Assembly (NCBI GenBank): GCA_964016885.1
Contig: OZ024743.1
Coordinates: 285,510,001 to 285,574,000 of the forward strand
Direction: 5' to 3'
Length of the DNA: 64,000 bases
DNA from: Eledone cirrhosa
Lineage: Eukaryota
Made by a program: the position numbers and the translations under genes. Position 1 is the first letter of the stretch. Every line of letters begins with the position of its first letter. Positions 34,557-46,106 of the stretch are shown here, piece after piece. Under the pieces are notes generated by a model. It was not told the origin of the DNA. It ran no database searches and saw nothing but the letters and a program-made list of their open reading frames with translations.

Positions 34557-36434
34557 ATGTTAAACGCAGCGAACGAAAATAGTGGTGGGGGGACAGCGGT
34601 AAGAGTTGTAAGCTCGCACGCTTTAGTCCTCCCTTCCTTCCCAACTAACGTCATAGAGAAGGAAGGAAAAATGAAAATAAAAACGGACGAATCTGCGGAG
34701 AAAAAATTAAATGACGAAAACAACGAAAAAAAAAAATTTGAAAAATTGCATGACAATACTAATAACACAAACAAAGACACAACGAACAAAAAAATAACAG
34801 TTGAAAATAACATCATATCAGAAAACAAAGCAGACGACAAGATTTCATTTGCACAGAAAACAAAGAAATCTTTGACTTATATAGCGGAAAACATTTCAGA
34901 TGTGGTACGAAGGATCACGGACGCAAAACAATACATAAGTGAAGGTGAGAATGGTATTTTATTGGTAAAAATGCCTCAAGAATTCACGAAAGACATTGAA
35001 AGCCGAACGGTCAAGTTTCGGACCATCAACAACAGTACAAAAAAACCTGAACAGCCTTCTCAAGCAGATATCAAAACAGTACTCGCAGAAGTACTGAATG
35101 AAACAACTTTCATAAGAAAAGACAGACTGTATGGAAGCCTAGCAATCATCATGAAGAACGAATCGGCGGCAAAAAAATGTGCTTTGTCACCGATTCGTTC
35201 GAAAAATTTCACCTTTTATCCATCTTATATGGGAAAAAAAACTCAACGCATATGGCTGGATGCAATGATGCCAGATGTGGACTACTGCTGGCTCATAGCT
35301 GGCTTCATCGATCCAGTGAATGACAACGTGATTTCCATTGGGAAAACCACAGGCAATGCGTTCAGTGGAACAGGTATAGAGCTGGTAGTACAAATGAAGC
35401 CTGAACGCATCGCCCAAATACCCGACAGAATCCTATTAGAGGACCACGGGTATATAAACATTAGCGTGGAGGGGAGAAGGCCGTCCTGCCATATCTGTGC
35501 AGGCAGAGGGCACCTGAAGGCCGCTTGTCCCCAACTCAACAAAAAGAAAACCCTGCTACCAACACCAGCTCCACCACCACCACCACAACAGATAAACAAA
35601 CAACAAAACTCAGTCCCACCCAACCCGTCCCTCAGTAACACCACAACACCACCACAACACAAACAGTCACAACACATTACCCCAAAACAAAATACAGGCC
35701 CATCCAACCTCTCACTCAATAAAACAACACAACCACCGCAGACACAACACACAACACAGTCTAACATAGTGACATCCATCTCCCCCACAAAGAAAACCAA
35801 CACGGAAACATTACCAGCAAACATACCTCTTCCCTCCAACACTGAAGATAACCCAACGAATTCGGAGGAAGAAACGGAGTCCTTCAGACAGATTAAAAGG
35901 AAAAAAAGAAAACATGTGCAAAACACACAAGGACAAACAACCCCCACCCAAATCGCAACACAATCTAACAAAACAGAAAACACCCCTCCAGCAACAAACA
36001 AAACCAAACCTGCCCCTCCCCTCTTCGAAACACTCACACCATCGGAAAAAAAGACATTACACTATACTTACATCAACAGAAACAATAATAAATTAAATGA
36101 ACTCATATACAATAATCCTTCGGTACAAACCGAAGGTGTAAACTTTGTTTCATCAGAAAACCACCCACATTTAAAACTAATAAAAATCCCAATGAACCTC
36201 TACCAAAAACTAAAAAAGGATTTTAAGGAGGACGTAGGACCACCCTCTGTCAAACCCATAAACCGCGTCCTACTAAAAAGCTTTCCCCCTCCCCTTCCCC
36301 TCCCCAACACAACTCCAAACACCCCAACCCCACCACACACCGACGACCCCACACCACCACAAGACACCCCTTCACCCAACAACCCCGACCCCATGGAAGT
36401 CGTGCAACCCGAACCCCGGGAAGCGGAAAGGTAG
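34557..36434 (+). CDS. ORF1p copy 3 (625 aa)
   Basis: Three substitutions versus copy 1 (AEKKL, NNEKK, GPSNL). Confidence 0.92.
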   Translation: MLNAANENSGGGTAVRVVSSHALVLPSFPTNVIEKEGKMKIKTDESAEKKLNDENNEKKKFEKLHDNTNNTNKDTTNKKITVENNIISENKADDKISFAQKTKKSLTYIAENISDVVRRITDAKQYISEGENGILLVKMPQEFTKDIESRTVKFRTINNSTKKPEQPSQADIKTVLAEVLNETTFIRKDRLYGSLAIIMKNESAAKKCALSPIRSKNFTFYPSYMGKKTQRIWLDAMMPDVDYCWLIAGFIDPVNDNVISIGKTTGNAFSGTGIELVVQMKPERIAQIPDRILLEDHGYINISVEGRRPSCHICAGRGHLKAACPQLNKKKTLLPTPAPPPPPQQINKQQNSVPPNPSLSNTTTPPQHKQSQHITPKQNTGPSNLSLNKTTQPPQTQHTTQSNIVTSISPTKKTNTETLPANIPLPSNTEDNPTNSEEETESFRQIKRKKRKHVQNTQGQTTPTQIATQSNKTENTPPATNKTKPAPPLFETLTPSEKKTLHYTYINRNNNKLNELIYNNPSVQTEGVNFVSSENHPHLKLIKIPMNLYQKLKKDFKEDVGPPSVKPINRVLLKSFPPPLPLPNTTPNTPTPPHTDDPTPPQDTPSPNNPDPMEVVQPEPREAER

Positions 36435-36467
36435 GTCTCTACACTCTCCTTTGGCTCTGCCGCCCAC

Positions 36468-39400
36468 ATGGATGTGTTAAGAGTAGGATGTTTGAATGCA
36501 CGTGGCCTGGGCTCAACTTGGAAGCAAGCAAAGCTTCTAAATGACCTCAGGTCATGTAGTATAAATGTAATGGTTATCTGTGAGACTCGAATCAGCGTCA
36601 TGCGGCAGCTGGCCCCCACCTTCGATGACTTTGAGGTGCATGCATCTCTCTGTCAACCTGGAGGTGGGGGTGGGGTTGTCGTGCTGCTGCAAAAACACCT
36701 GGGTCTTGCCGTACAGGTTGTGCACTCGGACCCGGAGGGTCGTTTGTTGGTGCTAGACGTTGGCAGTAGTGAAAGTGCGGCCTTGAGACTGGTCGCCGTC
36801 TACTCCCCTTTCGGAGCTGAACGGCCCGACTTCTTCCAGCGTTTGGAGACTTTTCTGGGAACGTCGCGTTCCCTGCTTCTAGCGGGGGATTGGAATGACA
36901 TCCTAGATGCACGTTGGGACTATGCAGGAGCATGTCCTAATAGAGGGGGGTGTAACAGCCTCAAGGGGTTACTCGACCGTTTTAACTTGGTCGATAGATA
37001 TCGACTAGATTTTCCAACTGTGCCTACCTGGACTTGGAGAAACCACAGTGGTCAATCTAGATCGTACTTAGATAGATTCTTAGTTAGAAGTAAGGATAGG
37101 GACATATTAAGCTGTCCAGAAATGCGCACGGTTGGCTACACGGATCACAAATTAGTGACCTGCGTGGTCAATCTCGAGAAAACACATAGACAGGGTCCCG
37201 GTTACTGGAAACTTAATTTGTCTTTACCGGCAAAAGAGACTTACAGAAACCGGATTAGCAGATTAGTTAAGGAGAGGTTGACGGGTGCAATCGTCAACAA
37301 CCGATGGTGGGCATCTCTCAAAAGAGAGATTAGAACAGAATCAATAAGTTATAGCAAGATGTTAGCTGCCAATAGGAATAGAAACGAGAAAGAATTAACA
37401 GGTAAATTAGAAGAGGCAATCAAGAGCGAAGATGTGGCCAGAGTGCTGGCATCGAGGACGGCCTTGAACCAGTTTTTCGATGCAAAGCATGAAGGCTGCG
37501 TCATTCGAAGTAAAATACGTGCTCTAGGTAATGAGGGGGCCAAAGCCGTTGGATGGGCCCGCGTGACAGAAGCTAAAAGTGGAAATCGATCCACCATCCG
37601 GTCGTTGCAAGACGAAGATGGACGAGTGATCCGGGAGCCTAAGCAGATGTGCGAGGCCTTTCAAAAGCACTTTGCCCGATTGTTCGGGGGAGGCGAGGGT
37701 CCGGGCCGGGGCGTGGATTTCGGTCCATACCTCGACGGCCTGCCGCGTCTCTCGAACAAAGAGGCAGAGTCCTGCGAGGGACCAATCTCGGCTGATGAGA
37801 TCGGAGATGCGCTGAGCCAATGCAGCAGACGCAAATCTCCAGGTCTCGATGGTATACCTTACGAACTTTATTTAGCAATGCCGGTCTTCTTCTCCGAACT
37901 CCTCGAAGCGGTCTACTGCAATTGGCAGCAGAACGGGAGAATTCCTTGTTCTGTAGCCAAGGGCGTAGTCACGCTGGTGAGGAAGGACGAGAAAAAGGGG
38001 GATAGTATAAATAATTTTCGGCCCATAACCCTGCTAAACACAGAGTTAAAGATTTTGGCCAAGGTGTTAGCAAAGAGGTTGGCGCTTGTCGTGGGTGGCC
38101 TGGTGGGAGATGCGCAGACATGTGCTATCCCATCCAGGTCCATTCACGATAACCTCCACCTCATGCGATACATCATAGAGAGGGTTGGCAACAAACCCGG
38201 CTTCGGTGGGGCCCTGATCAACTTGGATCAGTCTAAGGCCTTCGATAGGGTCGACCATGGTTACCTGGATGCGGTGCTAGCGGCGGCTGGGTTCGGTCCT
38301 GTTTTCAGAGGCTGGATCACTGCCCTACATAGCAACCACATCTGTTCTAGGATCAAGGTGAACGGCTACCTTTCGAAGCCGTTCGAAATCACACGATCCA
38401 TTCGACAGGGGTGCCCTCTCTCCTCCCTTCTGTACGTATTGACTCTCGAGCCTTTACTGAGGAAGTTGGAGTTGTTGCAGGGTACCCCCCTGGAACCAGG
38501 ATTGAGCAAAGCGGTGTCGGCCTACGCCGATGACGTAACAGTAATGGTATCAACCGACTCGGAGATCGAGGCGATCGGTACCTTACTGGAGGAGTACGAA
38601 AGGTTGTCAGGAGCGAAACTGAACCGGGAAAAATTCATCGGGCTGCAACTCGGAACGTGGAGAGGCAAACCGATGCCTCCTGACGGTGTCGTCGGACACT
38701 GGACGGAGGGCCCGGTAAAGTTGCTTGGGGTCTGGTTTGGACCGGACCTCCAGGTGGAAAAGAACTGGAACGAGGTTACGAACAAGGTGTTTGCACTAAC
38801 CCAGAAATGGGCCAAGTGTAAGCTGTCCCTAAAAGGCCGGGCGGAGGTGGCGAACATTTACATAGCGTCCGTCACTTACTACCGCCTGACTGTCGTGCCT
38901 TGCCCTAAGGAAACACTCACCACCATGGAACGCATGCTCTTCCAATTTCTTTGGAAGAAGCGTCCTCCTATGGTGAGAAGATCCATCTGCTGCCAACAAC
39001 CTTCGAAAGGAGGGCTGGGGATGCCGTGGTTGATGATGCGTAGGCACGCATTAAGGCTACGGCACCTACAGGTATTCCTCACTGGTCAACCGGTGTGGGT
39101 TCCGTTCGTGAAACGAGCCTTTCCGAGACTCGTCTCACTCACCGAGCTACAGTCCTGGGTCAAGCAAAGATCCGGAAAACTGGGAGACTGGCACACTGAG
39201 TGTGCTCAGGCGCTCAGGGCTCTCTGGCAAGCGGGCCGGGCCATCGGTGGAGAATCCACCTCATCATTCTATAGAGGGCTGGTGGCTAGCAGGGGCGATG
39301 ACACCCTTGGAGAGTCGCTGGACATGGAGGAAGACGAACTGGCCAGCCTGTTCGGTAGGACTTTCGGCCCAGGACCAATGGACAACTTCCAGAAGTCACT

Positions 39401-39905
39401 GGCCTGGCAGTGCTACCGAGGGGCTCTACCCGTTCGAGAGAGGCTCTACAGACACGGGCGCCCGGGCAGGGATCCCTCAAAAAAGATTTGCCCTAGATGC
39501 GTGCGTCACGAAGAAACCGTGGCGCACGCATTGGTGCAATGTCCTGGCGTGGCTGATCTGTGGGGCTACGCCGAACAACTGCTGTCGCGGGTGGCGCCGA
39601 TTAAATTGACCGCCGAGTCCGTGATGACAATCAAACCGCCTCCCCTCTTCACAAAGGAAGCAAAGGCGGTTTTTCTGTGCGTAATAGCCATGTTGAAAGA
39701 GGTTGTTTGGTGGACACGATTGAAAGGTCTGAGGTCAGGCAACTTCCTCTCTGGCCATAGTCTGGTCTACTTCTTCCGATATCACTTCGGAAGAAGGATA
39801 AGAATGGAGAGAGAGGTGCTTGGCCACAGGCAGTTTTATGAAAGGTGGGTGATAGTGGCGAGAATGGCTCGTGTAAATGGGCCTTCTCTGTATACCATCC
39901 TGTAG
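36468..39905 (+). CDS. ORF2p copy 3 (1145 aa)
   Basis: All catalytic motifs intact. Confidence 0.96.
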   Translation: MDVLRVGCLNARGLGSTWKQAKLLNDLRSCSINVMVICETRISVMRQLAPTFDDFEVHASLCQPGGGGGVVVLLQKHLGLAVQVVHSDPEGRLLVLDVGSSESAALRLVAVYSPFGAERPDFFQRLETFLGTSRSLLLAGDWNDILDARWDYAGACPNRGGCNSLKGLLDRFNLVDRYRLDFPTVPTWTWRNHSGQSRSYLDRFLVRSKDRDILSCPEMRTVGYTDHKLVTCVVNLEKTHRQGPGYWKLNLSLPAKETYRNRISRLVKERLTGAIVNNRWWASLKREIRTESISYSKMLAANRNRNEKELTGKLEEAIKSEDVARVLASRTALNQFFDAKHEGCVIRSKIRALGNEGAKAVGWARVTEAKSGNRSTIRSLQDEDGRVIREPKQMCEAFQKHFARLFGGGEGPGRGVDFGPYLDGLPRLSNKEAESCEGPISADEIGDALSQCSRRKSPGLDGIPYELYLAMPVFFSELLEAVYCNWQQNGRIPCSVAKGVVTLVRKDEKKGDSINNFRPITLLNTELKILAKVLAKRLALVVGGLVGDAQTCAIPSRSIHDNLHLMRYIIERVGNKPGFGGALINLDQSKAFDRVDHGYLDAVLAAAGFGPVFRGWITALHSNHICSRIKVNGYLSKPFEITRSIRQGCPLSSLLYVLTLEPLLRKLELLQGTPLEPGLSKAVSAYADDVTVMVSTDSEIEAIGTLLEEYERLSGAKLNREKFIGLQLGTWRGKPMPPDGVVGHWTEGPVKLLGVWFGPDLQVEKNWNEVTNKVFALTQKWAKCKLSLKGRAEVANIYIASVTYYRLTVVPCPKETLTTMERMLFQFLWKKRPPMVRRSICCQQPSKGGLGMPWLMMRRHALRLRHLQVFLTGQPVWVPFVKRAFPRLVSLTELQSWVKQRSGKLGDWHTECAQALRALWQAGRAIGGESTSSFYRGLVASRGDDTLGESLDMEEDELASLFGRTFGPGPMDNFQKSLAWQCYRGALPVRERLYRHGRPGRDPSKKICPRCVRHEETVAHALVQCPGVADLWGYAEQLLSRVAPIKLTAESVMTIKPPPLFTKEAKAVFLCVIAMLKEVVWWTRLKGLRSGNFLSGHSLVYFFRYHFGRRIRMEREVLGHRQFYERWVIVARMARVNGPSLYTIL

Positions 39906-40392
39906 GTAAAGAAGTAAAGGAGAGGGGAGCACCTTCTCCATGTGCTCCCCGGGCAAAGGATTGCACACTTTTTCGGGGGTGTGTGCAACCCCCATCACGT
40001 CCCCTCCCTTTTGAGGTTATTTTCGATTATTTTCATGTTACACCCTTTTTACTCGATTATATGTAAACTCCCCCTTTGTATTTGTCCCTTCTTTTTATGC
40101 CTTTATGGTAAATAAAGAAATCTATCTATCTATCTATCTATATATCTATCTATCTATCTCTCTCTCTCTCTATCAGACGTGTGTAACTTCGCGGAGAAGT
40201 TTCCGTTAATTTATGTAAGAAAAAAACGTTAGTTTTTGGTTAAATTTTATATCATTGTGTAACTTGACCCCCCGTCTGGACCTTCAGGTGGTGGGCCAAC
40301 TCATTTTCGCCCCTTCAGGGGCGGAATATCCATTTGAAAAATCTTTTCTCCATCGAATCTTGGAAAAAATATTGTAAAGTTTTGATTACGTT

Positions 40393-42280
40393 ATGAACGC
40401 TGCGTCCAACGATAATGGTGGTGGAGAGGCGGTAAGACTACAAAGCTCGCAGTCAACAACGTCTTCTTCACTAGATACTATAGAGATGGAAAGACGAAAT
40501 GAAAATGTAAAAACGAATTCATATCCAAACAACACAAATGACACCAAACAATTCAATGACAACAAAAATAACAGCAACATCAATAATGATGATAAAAGCA
40601 ACAATAATAACAACAACAAAGAAAAAAAATAAAGACAACACCAATAACACCAGCATCAAAGACAACAACAACACCAAGGAAAATACGAATAATACCAACA
40701 TCGGTGACAAGAATAACAACAACAATAACAACAATAATGACAACACCAACAACACGGATTCCACAAAGAAACCAAAAATCTCCTTTGCAGAGAAAGTTAA
40801 AAAAAAGGAGGAATTGATATATCTCGACATAACAAATGCTGAACAACTTTTAAAGGACGCTAGGAGATATGTCACTTTCGAAAAAAATGGTGCTTCCAGC
40901 ATCAATTCTCCGGTAGAAATTCGCAAGGAAACTGCTCTCAAAACGATAGTTTTTAGGACAGTTTCCAATTCTACCCGAAAACCAGTCCAATTGTCACAGA
41001 AAGAAATTGAACTGGTTTTCAAAAATTCAATGAATGATATTGCATTCATTCAAAGAAGCAAACTTTTTGGGAGTATTTCGGTACTCATGAAGGATCAATT
41101 GACGGCCCAAAATTACTCTGTGTCGCCAATTGTATCCAACCTGTATACCTTTTTCCCTACATACATGGGAAAAAGGACACAAAAGATCAGAATCACGAGT
41201 GTCACACCAAAGGTGAACATATGGTGGATACTGTGCGGCTTCATCAATTTTGATGAAGACAGAATACTGTCAGTAGGAAAGTCCCCCAGAGATGTATTCA
41301 ATGGGACTAGCATTGAAGTTCTGGTGCAAATGAGCCCAGAGCGAATAGCTATGATCCCACAACGTGTACTCCTGGACGGACTCACCTACATAAACTTTTC
41401 GGTTGAGGGTAGGCGGCCTTCATGTTACCATTGCTTTAGCAGGGGTCACCTGAGGGCTTCCTGTCCTAAATTAATGAATAAAAAAGGCTCTTCTGCCGAC
41501 ACCCATCAAAACAACACAACAACACCAACACACAAAAATAACCACAACAAACACAGTCCCACCCAACCCCACTCCACCTAAAACCACTGCAAAATCAGAT
41601 ACAGACACAACAGCTCCCCAAGACATACCCCTCCCCAATCACACAGACGATACAACAGATGAGGCTATCTCGCCATCACCCAGTGAAGACGAGGGAGAAC
41701 CCCATCGCTCGAAAAGAAAGAAAAGACATCACAAAAGCAAAAAACCAGCAAACACTACCACAAACATACAACCACCAACACAAATAACAAAAACATCACA
41801 AACAAAACCCCCACCTCCTGAAAACAAAATACCTACAGCAAAACGAAAGCACACACAAGAACTACAGACAAAAACAAACACACACAAGAAAATTACACTT
41901 ACACTTACGTAAACACTGAAAACAAAACACTAATGGAGACCATCACGAACGACCCTTCGGTGAAAACCGAAGGGAAAACTTTCGCCCACTCTATTAAAAA
42001 TAGCAAAAAACTGAACCTAAAACTGATTAGGGTCCCTATACAAACTTATAGGTCCCTAAAAGAAACATTTGAGAAGGATGTGGGGAATTCCTGCGTGAAA
42101 CCACTCAACCGCGTCCTTCTCAAATGTCTCCCCACCCCAGACACCCCCATCCCACCAGACCCCACCCCACCAAACATCTGCGTCCCCACCCCGCCGGAAA
42201 CCACCGCCCATCCAGACAACCCCTCCAACACCCCCATAGAAATTGTGCGGCCTGGTCCCCAGGAGACGAAGGGTGAGTGA
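40393..42280 (+). pseudogene. Family B ORF1 (frameshifted)
   Basis: Pieces 40393-40632, 40538-41581 (CYHCFSRGHLRASC knuckle, PTYMGKRTQ, SVEGRRPSC) and 41933-42280 (VKPLNRVLLK) align with family A ORF1. Confidence 0.9.
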
Positions 42281-42313
42281 TCTCTTTTCCTCTTTTAACT
42301 TTTCAGCACCAAC

Positions 42314-45300
42314 ATGGCCAATATAAGAGTTGGATGTGTGAACGTACGCGGCCTGGGGATGCCCTGGAAACAGGGCAAACTCTTAAACGACCTCAGGTCG
42401 CACAGTATGGGTGTGGTAGCCATTTGCGAGTCCAGGATCCACAGCGAGCGACAGCTGGCCCCCATCTTCGATGACTTTGAGATCTACGCATCTCTCTGTC
42501 AACCGGGGGGTGGGGGTGGAGTTGCCGTTTTGCTGCGAAAACACCTGGGCCTCGTAACACAGATGGTACATCTGGACCCGGAGGGTCGACTGGTGGTCCT
42601 AGACGTTGATGGTAGTGAAGGTGGAGCCTTCAGGCTGGTGGCCGCATATGCCCCATCCGGGACACCGCGGCCAGACTTCTTCAAACGTCTAGAGACTTTT
42701 CTGGGAATGTCCCGCTCCTTGCTTTTAGTGGGAGACTGGAATGGAATCCTAGATGCACGTTGGGACTATGTGGGAGCATGTCCCGATAAAGGGGGGTGTA
42801 ACAGCCTCAAACAGTTAATCGACCGATTTGACCTGGCCGATAGATATCGACTAGATTTTCCGACTGCGCCACTGAGGACGTGGAGTAATCGTAGCGGAAC
42901 ATCTAGATCGTACCTAGATAGGGTTCTAGTTAGAAATAAGGATAGGGACATGTTAAGCTGTCCACAAGTGTTCATGGTTGCCTATTCAGATCACAAACTA
43001 GTGACCTGCATGGCCAACCTTGATAGAACCCATAGACAAGGACCCGGCTACTGGAAGCTGAACTTGTCGTTACCGACAAGAAAAGCCTACAGTAGACAGA
43101 TTAGCACTTTAGTTAAACAGCACTTGACAGGGGCCATTGTCAACAACAGATGGTGGTACTCTCTCAAGAGGGCAGTTAGATTAGACTCGATAGTTTTTAG
43201 TAAAGAATTAGCGTTAGATAGAAATAGAACCGAGAAGGAACTGGTAGATAAAGTAGAAGAGGCAATTAGAAGTGGCAACTTAGCCAGCGTGCTAGCAACG
43301 AGAACGGCCTTGGACCAGTTCTTCGACGCAAAGCACGAGGGCTGCGTTGTCAGAAGCAAAATACGTGCTCTGGGAAACGAGCAAGCCAAAGCTGTTAGCT
43401 GGGCCCGAGTGACGGAGGCAAAAAGTGGCAACAAGTCCACGATTCGGTCTTTGAAGGACCAAAACGGACGCGTGAACGTGAGCCGAAGCAGATGTGTGCG
43501 GCTTTTCAGCGGCACTTTGCTCAGCTGTTCGGGGGGGGGGGTCGCCGGGAGAGGCTATGGATTTCGATCCATACCTCGACGGCCTACCGCGACTCTCGGA
43601 CAGCGAGGCAAAGTTCTGCGAAAAGCTGATTTCAGCCACTGAGATAGGGGACGCGCTGAGAGCCAATGCGGCAAACGCAAATCTCCAGGTCTCGACGGTA
43701 TACCCTACGAATTTTACGTAGCAATGCCTGACTTATTCTCCTGGAAGCGGTCTACTGCAACTGGCAACAGAACGGGAGAATTCCCAGTTCTGTAACCGGA
43801 GGCGTGGTCACACTAATCAGGAAGGACGAGAATAAGGGGGATGACATAGGCAACTTCCGGCCCATAACTCTGCTAAACACAGAGTTACAGATTTTGGCCA
43901 AGGTGTTAGCAAAGAGGCTGGCGCTTGTCGTCGAAAACCTGGTGGGAGAAGCGCAGACATGCGCAATCCCGACCAGGTCCATACACGACAACCTCCACCA
44001 CATGCGATACATCATAGAGAGGGTAAGGTGTAAACCCGGCTTCGGTGGGGCTCTGATCAACTTGGATCAGTCTAAGGCTTTCGATAGGGTTGACCATCGT
44101 TACCTGGATGCGGTGCTCGAGGCGGCAGGCTTCGGACCCGTGTTCAGGGGCTGGATTGCTGCAATGTACAACAGCAACATCTGCTCAAGGGTCAAGGTGA
44201 ACGGCTACCTCTCGGAGCCGTTCCATATTACGCGATCCATTCGACAGGGATGCCCTCTCTCCTCCCTTCTGTACGTACTGACTCTCGAGCCACTACTGCG
44301 GAAGTTGGAGCTATTGCAGGGCATCCCTCTGGAACCAGGACTGTGGAAAGCGGCGTCGGCCTACGCCGACGACGTGACAGTAATGGTGTCGAGCACCTCG
44401 CAAATCGAGGAAGTCGCCACCTTACTGAAGGAATACAAAAGTTTCACAGGAGCGAAGCTGAACCGGGACAAGTCCATCGGTTTGCAACTCGGATCGTGGA
44501 GAGGCAAACCGATGCCTTCCGATGGCGTCGTCGGACGCTGGACGGAAGGACCGGTAAAGCTGCTTGGGGTTTGGTTTGATCCGGACCTCCAGGTGGAGAA
44601 CAACTGGAACGAAGTGACGGCCAAGGTGTTTGCACTCACCCAGAAGTGGGCCGAGTGCAAACTATCCTTGAAAGGTCGAGCGGAGGTGGCGAACACTTTT
44701 ATAGCGTCCGCGATCTACTACCGCTTGACCGTCGTGCCTTGTCCAGCCAAAACGCTCGCCAAAATGGAACGCGCGCTCTTCCGATTCCTTTGGAAGAGGC
44801 GGGCTCCTTTGGTGAGAAGATCCATCTGCTGCCAACACCCTTCTAACGGAGGGCTGGGGATGCCGTGGCTGACGATGCGCAAACACGCGCTCAGGCTGCG
44901 GCCTCTCTACGTATTCCTCACCGGACAACCGGTGTGGGCCCCGTTCGTGAGGCGAGCCTTCCCACGACTCGTCTCGCTGACCGAGCTGCAGTCCTGGGTC
45001 AAGCAAAGACCGAGGAAAATGGGCGACTGGCACATCGAATGTGCTCAGGCGCTCACAGCCCTCTGGCGTCACCGACCTGTGGGGCTATGTAGAACGACTA
45101 TTGTCGCGGGTGGGACCAATCCGGTTGACCACCGAGTCCATTGTCATGATCAAACCGCCACCCTCCTTCAAAAACGAAGGAGAGGCGGTTTTCCTTTGTG
45201 TGATAGCTATGGCGAAAGAGGTTGTATGGTGGACAAGGTTGAAAGGGCTGAGGTCAGACACCTTTCTCTCCGGCCAACAACTGATTCTTTTTTCAAATAC

Positions 45301-45423
45301 CACTTTGGAAGAAGAATCAGGATGGCGAGAGAGGTGCTGTACCCCAGCAAGTTTTATGAAAGGTGGGTGAAAGTGGCGAGAATGGCCCGAGTGAATGGGC
45401 CTTCTCTCTATATCAGCCTGTAG
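42314..45423 (+). pseudogene. Family B ORF2 (APE-RT; frameshifted, internal deletion)
   Basis: ORF pieces 42314-43642, 43494-43721, 43804-45423 and 45041-45370 are colinear with family A ORF2. Confidence 0.93.
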
Positions 45424-45661
45424 GTTGAGGAAAAGGAGGAGGAGAGGAAAGGAGTACAAACTCTTCGTACTCCTGGAGATGAGGGTTACACATTTTTTCG
45501 GAGGTATGTGTTACCCATATGAACTGTCTCCCCCTATTGGAGAAAATCGACTAATTTTTAAATTGCATTTGTGATAATATTTTACACGTTTTTATTGTAT
45601 GTAAACTTCCCCCTTTGTATTTCTCCCCTTCTTTTGTGCCCCTGTGGCTAATAAAGAAACA

Positions 45662-45698
<37 letters not shown>

Positions 45699-45704
45699 CA
45701 CTAA

Positions 45705-46106
45705 CAGGGGGCTCAAACATGCGACCCGCGAACTTTTTTTATATGGCCTGTGGTAGAACCAATATTTCAGATTCCATTATAACTGGTGAAAATAAGGCGG
45801 TGAGCTGGTGGAATCGTTAGCACATCTGGCGAAATGCTTAGCGGTACTTCTTCCGTTTTTATGTTCCAAGTTCAAATTCCGCCGATCTCAACTTTACCTT
45901 TCATCCTTTTGGGGTCGATAAATTAAGTACCAGTTGTGAACTGGGATCGATGTAATCGACGGGACCCTAAACCCTAAATTTCATGCCTTGTGCCTATATT
46001 ACAAATGATTATAACTGGTGAAAATCATCCACCACCACGCTTGGTACACTGTGCCTTTCCTCCAGGACGTAATGGCCCTTTTATGTCCTTGAGTTTGAGA
46101 CCCCTC
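45705..46106. mobile_element. hAT/Charlie-like MITE interrupted by a SINE
   Basis: cagggggctcaaacatgcgacccgcg at the left, gtttgagacccct at the right; no clear TSD. Confidence 0.55.
45796..46007 (+). mobile_element. tRNA-derived SINE (family 1-related subfamily)
   Basis: A/B boxes, core cctttcatccttttggggtcgataaattaagtacc; 18-bp TSD attataactggtgaaaat at 45776-45793 and 46008-46025. Confidence 0.88.

Larger units (their letters stand above)
34326..40120 (+). mobile_element. Tx1 family A copy 3 (full-length, intact)
   Basis: Flanked by (TATC)n at 34238-34325 and 40121-40174; both ORFs open. Confidence 0.95.
40175..45660 (+). mobile_element. Tx1 family B (diverged sister family), near full-length but decayed
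   Basis: Same architecture; 3' end ctaataaagaaac followed by (TATC)n at 45661-45698; multiple frameshifts; ~320-bp deletion near 45067 removes the ORF2 CCHC. Confidence 0.93.

Noticed and set aside
22517-40120. The 5.8-kb triplication as an assembly artefact or simple segmental duplication
   Set aside because: Copies carry distinct substitutions with a synonymous bias, junction tracts differ in length, and a stub and a diverged family share the same junction type; read-level confirmation is still desirable
42273-42306. GT...AG mini-intron between family B ORF1 and ORF2
   Set aside because: Only 34 nt; removal does not put ORF2 in frame; family A has no AG acceptor in its spacer
28315-45698. 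Repeat-spacer regularity suggestive of a CRISPR-like array
   Set aside because: Eukaryotic context; the repeats are microsatellites and the spacers are retrotransposons
45964-45978. accctaaaccctaaa, telomere-like
   Set aside because: Only two units, inside a SINE body
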